From an uncultured Acidimicrobiales bacterium (GTDB lineage Bacteria; Actinomycetota; Acidimicrobiia; Acidimicrobiales; CAWCAL01), in the NCBI GenBank assembly GCA_963697385.1, contig CAVONU010000006.1, forward strand, positions 13,424 through 77,423: a stretch of DNA of 64,000 bases, in the 5' to 3' direction. The translations under genes were made by a program, and so were the position numbers. The notes under the pieces are model-generated. The model did not search any database and was not told the origin of the DNA. It was given only the letters and a program-made list of their open reading frames with translations. This document shows, in pieces, positions 46,301 to 55,787 of this stretch; position 1 is the stretch's first letter; every line of letters starts with the position of its first letter.

Positions 46301-49284
46301 GAGTCCGTCCCGAAGAACTCCGGGTCGGGGGTGTACGTGAAGGTGCCATCCCCGCTGTCGACGAGGTCGCCGTCGGTCACCGACGACACCACCGCCACAC
46401 TCGACGCCACCACGGGATGATCCACGTCGGAGTCGTTCGCGGTCACATCACCCGTCGTGAACGCCACATCCTCCGACGTCACGAACCCCACCCCGCCGTC
46501 GTCTCCTGCGACCGGCGGGTCGTTGACCCCGGTCACGACCAGGACCACCGTCGCCGGGTCGGACACCGCCCCCGCCGCATCGGTGATCGTGTACGTGAAC
46601 GCATCGGTCCCGAAGAAGTCCGGATCCGGCGTGTAGGTGAACGTCCCGTCACCCTCGTTCACCAACCCACCGTCGGTCACCGACGACACCACCGCCACAC
46701 TCGACGCCACCACCGGATGATCGGCATCGGAGTCGTTCGCCGTCACATCACCCGTCGTGAACGCCACCTCCTCCGACGTCACGAACGCGGGACCTCCATC
46801 ACCGACCGCAACCGGTGCATCGTTCACCGGCGACACGACCAACGTCACCGTCGCGGGTCCGGACACCGCCCCCGCCGGATCCGTGATCCGGTAAGTGAAC
46901 GAGTCCACGCCCCCGAACTCGGGATCCGGCGTGTAGCTGAAAGTTCCATCGCGGTGGTTGACCAGCATCCCGTCGCCGACCGACGACACCACCGCCACGC
47001 TCGACGGGACCACCGCATGGTCCAGGTCGCTGTCGTTCGCGGTCACGTCCGCAGTTCGGAACGTGGTGTCCTCGAGGGTGGTGAATCCGGCGCCCGAATC
47101 GGGAGCCGCCACCGGTGCGTCGTTGACCACGACCACGACGATCGTCACCCTCGCAGGCGCCGACACCGCACCCGACGGGTCGGTGATCGTGTAGGTGAAG
47201 GAGTCCGTCCCGAAGAACTCCGGGTCGGGGGTGTACACGAAACTGCCATCACCGTTGCGAACCAGCACTCCGTGCGTGACCGACGACACCACCGTGGCAC
47301 TCGCGGGCGCGACCGGATCGTCCGTATCCGAGTCGTTCGCGGTGACGTCGGGGGTGGTGAACGCGACGTCCTCGGCGGTGACGAATCCGGGCCCGGCATC
47401 ATCGACGGCCACCGGCACCTGGTTCACCGCCGGAGGTGGGTCGGGCGGTGCCGGGTCGGGCGGTGCCGGGTCGGGCGGTGTCGGGTCGGGATCCGGCGGG
47501 TCGGGTGTGGCGGGGAGCGGTTCCGGTGGGTCCTCGGGCAGCGTCGTGGGCGTCGGATCGGGTTCGGGATCGGCCGCCAGCACGGTGACGGACAACGACG
47601 CCGTCCCGCTCAGTCCGCCGGGATCGGTCACCGAGTAGCTGAGGACGTCCTGGCCGATGAACCCGCGCGGCGCTTCGTACTCGAGCCGATTCCCCGCGAC
47701 GGACACCGAACCCCTCCGAGGCGGTGACACGACCCGTACGGAGAGCGGATCACCGTCGACATCCCGGTCGTTGGCCGCGACGTCGATGATCGCCGTTTCG
47801 CCCGCGGTCAGCGCATGGCGGTCAGCGATCGGTACGGGTGCATCGTTCACGCCGGCGATCTCCGCGGTCACCGTCGCCGTCGCACACGCTCCGCCGCCGT
47901 CACAGGCGGTGTAGGTGAACCGATCGGAGCCGTGATAGTCGCGATCCGGGCGGTAGTGGACGTCGATCCCCCAGCCGCCGTCTCCGGTCGGCTCGACACC
48001 GAGGTCGGCGTCGGCGAGCGCCACCGTTCCGTGGTCGGGTCTCCCGAACGTGAACCGGCCGGGCCCTGACGGACCGACCGCCGTCAGCGTCGTCCCGATC
48101 AGGCCGTCCTCGCTCCCGGTCAGCGCGACGTCCTCCACCACCACCGAATCGGAAGCGACCGACGCCAGCGTGTCGGGCACCGCGGCACCACCGCCCACGA
48201 CCGATACCACGACCGCGATGGCTGCGGCGGCAGCGGCGGATGCGGCACTGAGCGCCGACCCGGCGACCGGGATCGGCGTCTGGCCGCTGCTGAGTCCGTT
48301 GACCAGCCACGTGAGCGGGCCGACGGCCGCACGGAGGCGACCGAGCCCGGCGTTGAGGAAGACCCGGACGATCGCCGGGTCGAACTGCGCGCCCGCACAG
48401 TCGGTCAGCTCCTGACGGGCGACCTCGTGCGACAGCGGCTTCTTGTAGCTGCGGGCGCTGGTCATCACGTCGTACGCGTCAGCGACGGCGACCATCCGAC
48501 CGGGCAGTGAGATCTCCAGCCCCTTCAGCCCGCCCGGGTACCCGTTGCCGTTCCAGTGGATGTGGTGCTGGTCCGCCGCGTGGATCCAATCGCCCAGCCA
48601 CTCGTGGAGCGGCTCGAGAATCGCTCCACCCGCGGTCGGATGGCCCTGCAGCACCTCCCACTCCTCGCTGGTCGGTGGGCCGTCCTTGTTGAGGATCTCG
48701 GCGGGAACGGTGAGCTTGCCGACGTCGTGCAGCAGGGCGCCCCAGCGAAGAAGGTTCATCTCGGACTCGGGCAGACCCATCTCCTCACCGATCACCTCGG
48801 TGTAGGCCCGGACCCGTTCGGAGTGACCGCGTGTCAGTCGATCATGATCGTTGATCGCCGTGACCAGGTCGGCCAGCATTGCGCCGTCGAGACCCTCGTC
48901 GGCCAGCTCACCCGCCTGGAGGCGCCGCACCAGGCTTCGGCCCGACGATGCCCGCAACGCGGCGCGGGCGCGTGACGGTGCCTGGTCCGGGAACACGAGG
49001 GTGAGCTGCATGAGCGCCACCAGCGGCAGGGCGCGACGGAACAGCCGCTGGAACAGGAGGACGATCACGGTCGACGCGACGAAGAGGCACGCGAGCCACA
49101 CCCACCGATTCATGCCGAGCTCGCCGGGTGGGGCGACGCGACCAACCCACCAGCTGAACAGGATGCTCACCACCAACGGGGCGAGGACCACCCCGAGGCG
49201 GAGCAGGCCGGCCAGGTTCGGGTGCGCGGTCCAGACCTTGGAGGGATCGGACTTGAGCTCCGCTCCCTTGGTGGGTCCGCTCAT
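43309..49284 (-). CDS. membrane-anchored HD-GYP phosphodiesterase with a giant ectodomain (Ig-like/cadherin-like repeats, TSP3 repeat, 7 FG-GAP repeats)
   Basis: Two N-terminal TMs; HSERV, LHDVGK, HHIHWNGNGYP, ADAYDVMTSARSYK; TM; about 12 VND.P.A..D Ig-like units; DNCP...QLDTDGDGIGDLCD; 7x DxDGDGDxD. Confidence 0.9.
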   Translation of the reverse strand: MSGPTKGAELKSDPSKVWTAHPNLAGLLRLGVVLAPLVVSILFSWWVGRVAPPGELGMNRWVWLACLFVASTVIVLLFQRLFRRALPLVALMQLTLVFPDQAPSRARAALRASSGRSLVRRLQAGELADEGLDGAMLADLVTAINDHDRLTRGHSERVRAYTEVIGEEMGLPESEMNLLRWGALLHDVGKLTVPAEILNKDGPPTSEEWEVLQGHPTAGGAILEPLHEWLGDWIHAADQHHIHWNGNGYPGGLKGLEISLPGRMVAVADAYDVMTSARSYKKPLSHEVARQELTDCAGAQFDPAIVRVFLNAGLGRLRAAVGPLTWLVNGLSSGQTPIPVAGSALSAASAAAAAAIAVVVSVVGGGAAVPDTLASVASDSVVVEDVALTGSEDGLIGTTLTAVGPSGPGRFTFGRPDHGTVALADADLGVEPTGDGGWGIDVHYRPDRDYHGSDRFTYTACDGGGACATATVTAEIAGVNDAPVPIADRHALTAGETAIIDVAANDRDVDGDPLSVRVVSPPRRGSVSVAGNRLEYEAPRGFIGQDVLSYSVTDPGGLSGTASLSVTVLAADPEPDPTPTTLPEDPPEPLPATPDPPDPDPTPPDPAPPDPAPPDPPPAVNQVPVAVDDAGPGFVTAEDVAFTTPDVTANDSDTDDPVAPASATVVSSVTHGVLVRNGDGSFVYTPDPEFFGTDSFTYTITDPSGAVSAPARVTIVVVVVNDAPVAAPDSGAGFTTLEDTTFRTADVTANDSDLDHAVVPSSVAVVSSVGDGMLVNHRDGTFSYTPDPEFGGVDSFTYRITDPAGAVSGPATVTLVVSPVNDAPVAVGDGGPAFVTSEEVAFTTGDVTANDSDADHPVVASSVAVVSSVTDGGLVNEGDGTFTYTPDPDFFGTDAFTYTITDAAGAVSDPATVVLVVTGVNDPPVAGDDGGVGFVTSEDVAFTTGDVTANDSDVDHPVVASSVAVVSSVTDGDLVDSGDGTFTYTPDPEFFGTDSFTYTITDAAGAVSAPAMVTIVVVVVNDPPVAGDDGGVGFVTSEDVAFTTGDVTANDTDADHPVVATSVAVDTPTNNGGLVNEGDGTFTYTPDPDFFGTDAFTYTITDAAGAVSAAATVTLTVSPVNDAPVAGDDGGVGFVTSEDVGFTTGDVTANDSDVDHPVVASSVAVVSSVTDGDLVDSGDGTFTYTPDAEFFGTDAFTYTITDAAGAVSDPATVVLVVTGVNDPPVAGDDGGVGFVTSEDVAFTTGDVTANDSDADHPVVASSVAVDTPTNNGGLVNEGDGTFTYTPDPEFFGTDAFTYTITDAAGAVSDPATVVLVVTGVNDPPVAGDDGGVGFVTSEDVAFTTGDVTANDSDVDHPVVASSVAVVSSVSDGGLVNEGDGTFTYTPDPDFFGTDAFTYTITDPAGAVSAAATVTLTVSSVNDPPIVSADGGLGFLTAEDTAFTTADVTEDDSDVDHPVVASSAAVVSPVANGVLVNNGDGTFHYTPDPDFFGTDSFRYTITDPAGAVSTSGKVTLGVLPTYDPPVATDDTLDVSQGGSATTVDLRLNDLNPDLGPLLIVDVTDGTNGTAVDNGDGTATYTHDGSATVGDAFTYTIRDYAGTEDSATVVVAVSPPEDFDGIAAGVDNCPFDFNPMQLDTDGDGIGDLCDASPTVPSGASFSDTGQDLGSGNSRGVGIGDLDGDGDLDAVFATEGGPNTVWFNNGAGVFADSTQTLGNAWSLAVALGDVDGDGDLDAVFANDAAEPNTVWFNDGMGAFTNSGQALGYSRTTDVAVADVDGDGDLDLSFGNLGQANAVWLNDGSGTFSNSGQSLGPGPTAGVSFADLDGDDDPDLVFSNDGADDTVWFNDGAGTFSDSGQALGIGRTHDSVLRDLDGDGDVDIAFAGDNEGDTVWFNDGSGTFTDSGQILGLGHSRSIDAGDLDGDGDLDLVFGDHVGANTVWLNDGTGTFTDSTQTLASNATEGMILADLDGDGDLDAVAANDGDSNRVWSNS
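44728..47427 (-). repeat. nine coding repeats with exact 300-bp periodicity
   Basis: Unit starts at 47427, 47127, 46827 ... 45027; central units are near-identical (e.g. lines 45241, 45541, 45841, 46141, 46441, 46741). Confidence 0.95.
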
Positions 49285-49478
49285 GGCCGGACGACGTGGG
49301 GTCGGCAAGAACGCCCGAACGCGACAACGGGCCCACGTCCGGGTCGGTTGTCGTCCATCACGTCGAACTCCGTCGGTTCACTCCCGCCGTCTCACGGGAC
49401 ACCTAGGGTCCATCGGTGGGATTCCAGGCGACTTGAGCCAGTTGGGCGGTTCGACCTGCGGCCGCTGAGGAGATCGAC

Positions 49479-51467
49479 TCAGCCGGTTTCGTCGACCACG
49501 ACGAGGATCGCTCCGGCCTCGACGGACTCCCCCTCCGCGACGGGCACCGCGGTCACGACGCCGGCCACGCTCGCCGTGACCGCGAGCTCCATCTTCATCG
49601 CCTCCATGACCACCAGGACGTCGCCCGCAGCGACCGTGTCGCCCACCTCGACGGAGACCGCCACGATCGTTCCCGGCATGGTCGCGACGGTTGAACCCGC
49701 GGCGGCCTGATCCTCGGGTTCGACGAACCGCGGGAGCCGACCCAGCACGATGCCTCCGCCGGCTCCCGTGACCGACACGAGGTCCTCGTGCACACGTACA
49801 TCCAGCTGTCGCCGGACCCCATCCACGGCCAGGTCCACCCGATCGGTGGAGATCCCGTGATCGACCGGATCGACCAGGTTCTGATCGTCGACCGACAGGT
49901 GGACCAGCCGGCCACGCTGGAATCGGTAGGCCACCTCGACCCGATCATCGCCCACCGAGAACGTGACTCGCTGGGGTGCGGTGACGACATTCCTGAACCC
50001 GGTGCTCACACTGGCCGTATGAGGATCGGTCCCACGATGATCGGCTTGGATCGCCAGCGCCGCCGCTGACGCGTAGACGGCGCGCTCGTCTCCTTCGATC
50101 AGCGGACGGCCCATCGCCGCCGGGTCGTTCCGCTCCAGGAACTGGCTGTCGCCCCGGTCCCCCAGGAACTCGCCGTGGCGCAACGTTCGCACGAGCAGCT
50201 CGCGGTTGGTCGTGATGCCGTCGATGGTGGCCGACGCCAGCGACGACGCCAGTCGGTGCGCCGCCGTGTCGCGGGTCGGGGAATGAGCGATGACCTTGGC
50301 GATCATCGGGTCGTAGTACTGCGTCACCTCGCCACCGCCCTCGAGCGACGAGTCGAGGCGGACCCGACCGGGTACCGCGAAGCGATGCACCATGCCGGTG
50401 GACGGACGGAAGTCGGCCGTGGGGTCCTCGGCATAGAGTCGGGCCTCGATCGCGTGGCCGGACACCGGCCCGATCTCGTCCTGGGCCGGCACCGTCCCGC
50501 CGGCCGCGACCTCGAGCTGGAGCTCGACCAGGTCGACGCCCAGCACGGCCTCGGTCACCGGGTGTTCCACCTGGAGGCGGGTGTTGACCTCGAGGAAGAA
50601 GAACTCGGCTCGGCCGTCCGGCCCGGGCGGAGCGAGCAGGAATTCGACGGTGCCCGCGTTGGTGTACCCGATCGCTTCGCCGGCACGGACCGCCGCCTGG
50701 TGGAGCGAGCGGCGCGTCTCGGCGTCCAGCGACGGGCTGGGCGCCTCCTCGATGATCTTCTGGTGCCGTCGCTGGATCGAGCACTCGCGCTCGTGGAAGT
50801 GGACGACCCGGCCCGAGGAGTCGCCGAAGATCTGCACCTCGACGTGACGGGACGGAGCGACGTACCGCTCGGCGTAGACCGTGCCGTCGCCGAACGCCGA
50901 CTGAGCTTCGCGGGAGGCGCCCGTCACCGCGTCGAGGAGCTCGTCGGCCGACGCCACGATACGCATGCCCCGGCCCCCGCCCCCGGCGGACGCCTTGACC
51001 AGGATCGGGTACCCCACCTGGTCGGCCGCGGCCTTGATGCCCTGGTCGTCGAGTCCCGTGAGATCAGCCGACGGCAACAGCGGGACCCGGGCGTCGGTCA
51101 TACGCTGTTTCGCCTCGAGCTTCGAGCCCATCGCCGCGATCACCTCGGGGGAGGGGCCGACGAACACCAGCCCGGCGTCGCCGACCGCCCGCGCGAACGA
51201 GGCGTTCTCGGCCAGGAAGCCGTACCCCGGATGGACCGCGTCGGCGCCCGTCCGGGCCGCGGCATCGAGCATGGCGTCGACCCGCAGATAGGACTCGGCC
51301 GGCGTCACTCCACCGATCGCCACGGAGAGGTCGGCGTCCTGCACGAACGCCGCGTCGGCGTCAGCGTCGGAGAACACCGCGACCGTTTCGACCCCGAGGG
51401 CGCGGCAGGTGCGCATGATGCGCCGGGCGATCTCGCCCCGATTGGCGATGAGCAGTCGTTCGATCAT
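49479..51467 (-). CDS. acyl-CoA carboxylase alpha subunit (biotin carboxylase + BCCP), AccA2/AtuF-like
   Basis: LIANRGEIA, HPGYGFLAEN, KASAGGGGRGMR, RECSIQRRHQK, EAMKME biotinylation site. Confidence 0.95.
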   Translation of the reverse strand: MIERLLIANRGEIARRIMRTCRALGVETVAVFSDADADAAFVQDADLSVAIGGVTPAESYLRVDAMLDAAARTGADAVHPGYGFLAENASFARAVGDAGLVFVGPSPEVIAAMGSKLEAKQRMTDARVPLLPSADLTGLDDQGIKAAADQVGYPILVKASAGGGGRGMRIVASADELLDAVTGASREAQSAFGDGTVYAERYVAPSRHVEVQIFGDSSGRVVHFHERECSIQRRHQKIIEEAPSPSLDAETRRSLHQAAVRAGEAIGYTNAGTVEFLLAPPGPDGRAEFFFLEVNTRLQVEHPVTEAVLGVDLVELQLEVAAGGTVPAQDEIGPVSGHAIEARLYAEDPTADFRPSTGMVHRFAVPGRVRLDSSLEGGGEVTQYYDPMIAKVIAHSPTRDTAAHRLASSLASATIDGITTNRELLVRTLRHGEFLGDRGDSQFLERNDPAAMGRPLIEGDERAVYASAAALAIQADHRGTDPHTASVSTGFRNVVTAPQRVTFSVGDDRVEVAYRFQRGRLVHLSVDDQNLVDPVDHGISTDRVDLAVDGVRRQLDVRVHEDLVSVTGAGGGIVLGRLPRFVEPEDQAAAGSTVATMPGTIVAVSVEVGDTVAAGDVLVVMEAMKMELAVTASVAGVVTAVPVAEGESVEAGAILVVVDETG

Positions 51468-51474
51468 CGGCCCC

Positions 51475-53073
51475 TCACATCCGGAACACGCCGTAGCCGC
51501 GTCGGCCCCGGCATTCGTTGGTGAGCACCGCCGACAGCGCGACGCCCAGGACGTCGCGGGTGTCGCGGGGATCGATCAGGCCGTCGTCGTAGAGCTGACC
51601 GGACATCACCGCCGCCTGCTCCTCGTGGGTGATCTGATCCTCGATGGCCTTGGTGCGCGCCGCGTCGGCCTCCTCGTCGAAGGGAATACCGCGATCCTCG
51701 GCCGACGCGCGCGCCACGATGGACAACGTGCCCGCCAGCTGCTCCGCCCCCATGACCGCGGTCTTCGCGTTGGGCCAGACGAAGAGGAAACGCGGGTTGT
51801 AGGGCCGACCGGCCATCCCGTAGTTGCCCGCGCCATAGGACCCACCGATCTGGACGGTCAGGTGGGGCACGGTGCTGTTGGTGACCGCGTTGATCTGGTG
51901 CGAGCCGTGCTTGACCATGCCGCGTTGCTCGTACTCGGTCCCGACCATGTAGCCGGTGACGTTCTGGACGAAGAGCAGCGGGGTGTCGACCTGGTTGGCC
52001 AGCTGGATGAACTGGGCCGCCTTGTTGGCGTCCTCGTTCAGCAGCACGCCGCGGTCGTTGGCCAGGATGCCGACCGAGTATCCGTGCAGGTGGGCGAACC
52101 CCGTGACGAGATTGGGCCCGTAGCCGGGTTTGAACTCGTCGAACTCCGAGTCGTCCACGACCCGGGCCAACACCTCACGGACCGGGAACGGCACCTTCAG
52201 ATCGGCGGACACGATGCCCAGGATCTCGTCGGGGTCGTAGCGCGGCGGGACCGAGGTGCGATCGGGAGGTGGGCCCAGCTTGCGGTAGGTGAGGCCGTGC
52301 ACGATCTGGCGACCCAGGCGGATGGCGTCGTACTCATCGACCGCGAAGTAGTCGGACACCCCCGACACCGTCGAGTGCATCGACGCTCCGCCCAACTCCT
52401 CTTCGTCCGCGTCCTCCCCTGTGGCCATCTTGACCAGGGGCGTGCCACCGAGGAACACCTTGGCCTGGTGGTCGACCATGACCACGTAGTCGCTGGTACC
52501 CGGAAGATAGGCGCCGCCGGCGGTGGAGCTGCCGAACACCAGCGAGACGGTGGGAATCCCCGCGGCGGACAGCGCGGTGATGTCGCGGAACACCTCACCG
52601 GCACCCAGGTAGAGCTGGAGTTGATGGGGCAGATCGGCTCCGCCCGACTCGACCAGGAACACCATCGGGAGCCGGTTCTCGTGACAGATCCGCAGGGCGC
52701 GGAGGATCTTGCGCACCGTGATGGGATTCATCGAGCCACCCCGGACCGTCGGATCGTTGGCGAGGATCATGCACTCGGTCCCGGACACCTGACCGATCCC
52801 CGTGACCAGCGCCGCCCCGACGGCGAACTCGGTGTCGGCCGCAGCGGTCACCGACAACTCGAGGAAGGGGGCGTCGGGATCGACCAGCAGCTCGATCCGC
52901 TCGCGCACCAACAGCCGACCGCGGTCGTGGTGTCGGGTGCGGTACTTCTCGCCGCCTCCGTCCACGGCCTGGGCCACCAGCGCCCGGTACCGGTCGAGGT
53001 GGGCCTCCATCGCCTTCCGATTGGCGAGGAAGGTCTCGCTGCGTGGATCCAGGTTGGATCGCAGGATGCTCAT
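51475..53073 (-). CDS. acyl-CoA carboxylase beta subunit (carboxyltransferase), AccD2/AtuC-like
   Basis: ANDPTVRGG, ESGGADL, STAGGAYLPG, ELGGASMH, GFAHLHG, SYGAGNYGM. Confidence 0.95.
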   Translation of the reverse strand: MSILRSNLDPRSETFLANRKAMEAHLDRYRALVAQAVDGGGEKYRTRHHDRGRLLVRERIELLVDPDAPFLELSVTAAADTEFAVGAALVTGIGQVSGTECMILANDPTVRGGSMNPITVRKILRALRICHENRLPMVFLVESGGADLPHQLQLYLGAGEVFRDITALSAAGIPTVSLVFGSSTAGGAYLPGTSDYVVMVDHQAKVFLGGTPLVKMATGEDADEEELGGASMHSTVSGVSDYFAVDEYDAIRLGRQIVHGLTYRKLGPPPDRTSVPPRYDPDEILGIVSADLKVPFPVREVLARVVDDSEFDEFKPGYGPNLVTGFAHLHGYSVGILANDRGVLLNEDANKAAQFIQLANQVDTPLLFVQNVTGYMVGTEYEQRGMVKHGSHQINAVTNSTVPHLTVQIGGSYGAGNYGMAGRPYNPRFLFVWPNAKTAVMGAEQLAGTLSIVARASAEDRGIPFDEEADAARTKAIEDQITHEEQAAVMSGQLYDDGLIDPRDTRDVLGVALSAVLTNECRGRRGYGVFRM

Positions 53074-53768
53074 GGGGAGCCCACCGCACCGCGCTCCAGC
53101 GAAGCCGAGAGCTCGTCGAGCCGGTCGGCCACCGTCTCGAGCTTCTGCAGATTCAGGTCGAGCGATCGGCCCGGATCGGTCGAAGCCGTGGCCTCGATCC
53201 CACCGCACACCACAGCGAACAACTGGTCGGTGGTGGTGTCCAGGTCGATGCCGCGGTGACCGCTGAGCGCGCTCCAGGCCAAGTGCTCGATGCTGCCGTA
53301 GACCATGTCGCGGACCAGCTCGGCCGGAACGTCGTCGCGGAAGTCGCCCCGCGCCGCGCCGTCGCGGTACGCATCGACGAACAGCGACGTGTACCGGCGG
53401 CTCAGCTGAGCCACCTCGGACTCGTAGTAGTCGTCGAACGATCGAGCCTCGCTGATGATCAGGCGGCACAGCAGCGGATCGTGGGCCATGGCCTCGAGCT
53501 GGCGCCGGATCAGGAACCGAACCCGCTCTCGGGGTGCATCGATGGACGCCACGCCGGCGGTGGCCGACTCGATCAGCGGCTCGTAGAACGATCGGATCAC
53601 CTGATGGAGCAGATCCCGCTTGGACGGGAAGTGCCGGTAGATCGCACCCTCGACCACGCCGACCCGGCGGGCGATCTCGGCGACCGACGTGGCGTCGTAC
53701 CCGTCGTCACCGAAACGCTCCCGCGCCACCTCGAGGATCTGCCCGGCGGTGGAGTGAGTCTTCCTCAC
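53070..53768 (-). CDS. TetR-family regulator
   Basis: TSVAEIARRVGVVEGAIYRHFPSKRDL; stop overlaps the carboxyltransferase ATG. Confidence 0.92.
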   Translation of the reverse strand: MRKTHSTAGQILEVARERFGDDGYDATSVAEIARRVGVVEGAIYRHFPSKRDLLHQVIRSFYEPLIESATAGVASIDAPRERVRFLIRRQLEAMAHDPLLCRLIISEARSFDDYYESEVAQLSRRYTSLFVDAYRDGAARGDFRDDVPAELVRDMVYGSIEHLAWSALSGHRGIDLDTTTDQLFAVVCGGIEATASTDPGRSLDLNLQKLETVADRLDELSASLERGAVGSP

Positions 53769-53806
53769 CCTGCTTTCCTTGAGCGGCGGCGACACTGGTG
53801 GCATCG

Positions 53807-53825
53807 ACGTGAGGGTACCTCACAT
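53807..53825. promoter_or_regulatory. palindrome GTGAGG-N3-CCTCAC, probable TetR operator
   Basis: ACGTGAGG GTA CCTCACAT, about 40 bp upstream of the tetR-accD-accA operon. Confidence 0.6.
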
Positions 53826-53837
53826 CGGGCCGGTCCG

Positions 53838-53883
53838 AAAACGTGAGCAACCCGGCACCGGAAAACCGGGCCGGGTCGCTCAC
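53838..53883 (-). terminator. intrinsic terminator-like hairpin downstream of the LAXTG protein gene
   Basis: GTGAGC-ACCCGGC-CCGG / CCGG-GCCGGGT-GCTCAC stem, followed on the minus strand by GTTTT. Confidence 0.6.
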
Positions 53884-53900
53884 CTGAGGAGGATGGGGGA

Positions 53901-54602
53901 CTACCGGGCCGATGCGGCCCAGCGCTTCACCGCGACGCCGACGCCTACGAGGGCCATGGCGACCAGCGCCAGCTCCCACGACCGGCTGCCCGTGGCGGCG
54001 AGCACCTGGGCCTGGGGCTGGGGCTGGGCCGCGGTCTGCGTCTGGCCCAGCACGACCGCCTTGACCGTGGTCGGCACCGCCACCGTCGTCGGTGCGACGG
54101 TGACCTCGGACGTGAGCACCCGCGGGGCCTCGGTGGTGGAGACCGGCGGCTGGGTCGTGCTGGTGGTGGTACTGGTCGTGGTGGTGGGCGGCGGCGGGCA
54201 GTCGAACGACAGGGTCAAGCCGCCGCTGAACACCTCGTCCGGCCCCATGACGAGCGACACCGTGATCGTCGAACCCAGCACGATCTCGGCGCTCTTGGGT
54301 GTGGTCTGGAAGGCGGTGTCCTCGACGCCCGCGACCACGACCTCGGAATCGCCCGACTCGACCAGCAGGTCGTTGCCCAGATGGACCGAGCCCTGGTTCT
54401 GGCCGATCACATCGAGGTCACAGCTGGCGCCCTGGCGCTGCTCGGGCACGTCGATCACCACCAACTCGGTCACGACACCGGGCTTGCTCCGGACGATCGT
54501 GTCGACCGGGACCTCCCACATGTCCTCAGCCGCAGCCGGACTGGCCACGGCCAGGGTCAGGGCCGCCACCCCGAGGATTACCACTCCGTACCGTCGCATC
54601 AT
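53901..54602 (-). CDS. secreted, cell-wall-anchored protein (LAXTG sortase signal)
   Basis: Signal peptide; Cys pair; P/T-rich stalk; LAATG followed by a hydrophobic TM and basic tail KRW..R. Confidence 0.8.
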   Translation of the reverse strand: MMRRYGVVILGVAALTLAVASPAAAEDMWEVPVDTIVRSKPGVVTELVVIDVPEQRQGASCDLDVIGQNQGSVHLGNDLLVESGDSEVVVAGVEDTAFQTTPKSAEIVLGSTITVSLVMGPDEVFSGGLTLSFDCPPPPTTTTSTTTSTTQPPVSTTEAPRVLTSEVTVAPTTVAVPTTVKAVVLGQTQTAAQPQPQAQVLAATGSRSWELALVAMALVGVGVAVKRWAASAR

Positions 54603-54677
54603 CGCCTCCGCTTTGGGCGTTCACTACTCGAACCCGATCAGTCTGATCGCTGGCGGGCGCGAAGTCGCGCATCCCCC

Positions 54678-55787
54678 TCAGGCTCGCGGCTCTCGGGGCA
54701 GGCCCAGGACCCGTTCCCCCAGGATGTTGCGCATCACGTTCGATGTCCCGCCCATGATCGTGTAGCCGGGTGCGTAGGCCAGCTGTCGGGTCCACTCGGT
54801 GTCCAGCGCCGCCCGAGGGCCCAGCACCCGCGCCGCGAACTGGCCGACGCGCTGCTCGTGTTCGGTACAGAAACACTTGGTCGCCGCGGAGAAGCCGGCC
54901 GGGGCCTGCCGCAGGACCTCGCGGTAGACCAGCATCCGGCCCACCCGGTAGCCGGTCTCGAGGGCCGCGATCTCCTGGCGCACGAGGGGATCGCTGCGAT
55001 CGGCCGCGTCCACGGCCATCTCGTAGAGCGCCCGGTTGGAGACCAACCGGTCGATGCCGCCCCGCTCGTGCTCGAGCTGCCGCATCGTCTGCTTGAAGGC
55101 GTCACCCTCGACGCCCACGAGGTGATGAAGCGGGACCCGCACGTCGGTGAAGTAGACCTCGCAGAAGTGCCGGTTGGCGGTCATGTCCGTGATCGGCCGC
55201 ACCTCGATGCCCGCGGTCGTCATCGGCACGATGATCTCGCTGATCCCCCGGTGCGGTGGCCCCTCCCGCCCCGTGCGGCAGATGAGGTAGCAGTAGTCGG
55301 CCACTTCGCCGAAACTGGTCCAGATCTTCTGGCCGTTGATCACCCAGTCGTCACCGTCACGCACCGCGCTGGTCGAGAGCGCGGCCAGGTCGGATCCGGC
55401 ATCGGGTTCGCTCATGCCGATGCACCAGGTCGTCTCGCCCGCCAACATCGCCGGCAGGTACTCGCGCTGCTGGTCCGCCGTGCCGTACGCGATCAGCGTC
55501 GGGCCCATCTGTCGATCGGCGAACCACATGGCCGCGATGGGCGCACCCGCCGCGATCATCTCCTCGGCCACGATCACGCGCTCGATCGGCGGACGCTCGC
55601 GCCCGCCGTGCTCGGCGGGCCACCCCATCCCGATCCAGCCTTCAGCCGCCATGACTGCGGCGAACTCCTTCGAGAACCCGTTGATCCACGAGTCGTTGCA
55701 GCGACCGAAGCGGGCCACACCCTCGGCGGCCACCCGGCGGGCGCGGGAGCGGAGCGCTTCCAGCTCGGCGTCGAGCACGAAGTCCAT
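54678..55787 (-). CDS. acyl-CoA dehydrogenase
   Basis: GMSEPDAGSDL, INGQKIWTS, HFCEVYF, TIMGGTSNVMRNILGERVLGLPR. Confidence 0.93.
   Translation of the reverse strand: MDFVLDAELEALRSRARRVAAEGVARFGRCNDSWINGFSKEFAAVMAAEGWIGMGWPAEHGGRERPPIERVIVAEEMIAAGAPIAAMWFADRQMGPTLIAYGTADQQREYLPAMLAGETTWCIGMSEPDAGSDLAALSTSAVRDGDDWVINGQKIWTSFGEVADYCYLICRTGREGPPHRGISEIIVPMTTAGIEVRPITDMTANRHFCEVYFTDVRVPLHHLVGVEGDAFKQTMRQLEHERGGIDRLVSNRALYEMAVDAADRSDPLVRQEIAALETGYRVGRMLVYREVLRQAPAGFSAATKCFCTEHEQRVGQFAARVLGPRAALDTEWTRQLAYAPGYTIMGGTSNVMRNILGERVLGLPREPRA

Noticed and set aside
44728-47427. 300-bp repeats as mobile elements
   Set aside because: In-frame Ig-like domain repeats; no transposase, terminal inverted repeats or target duplications.
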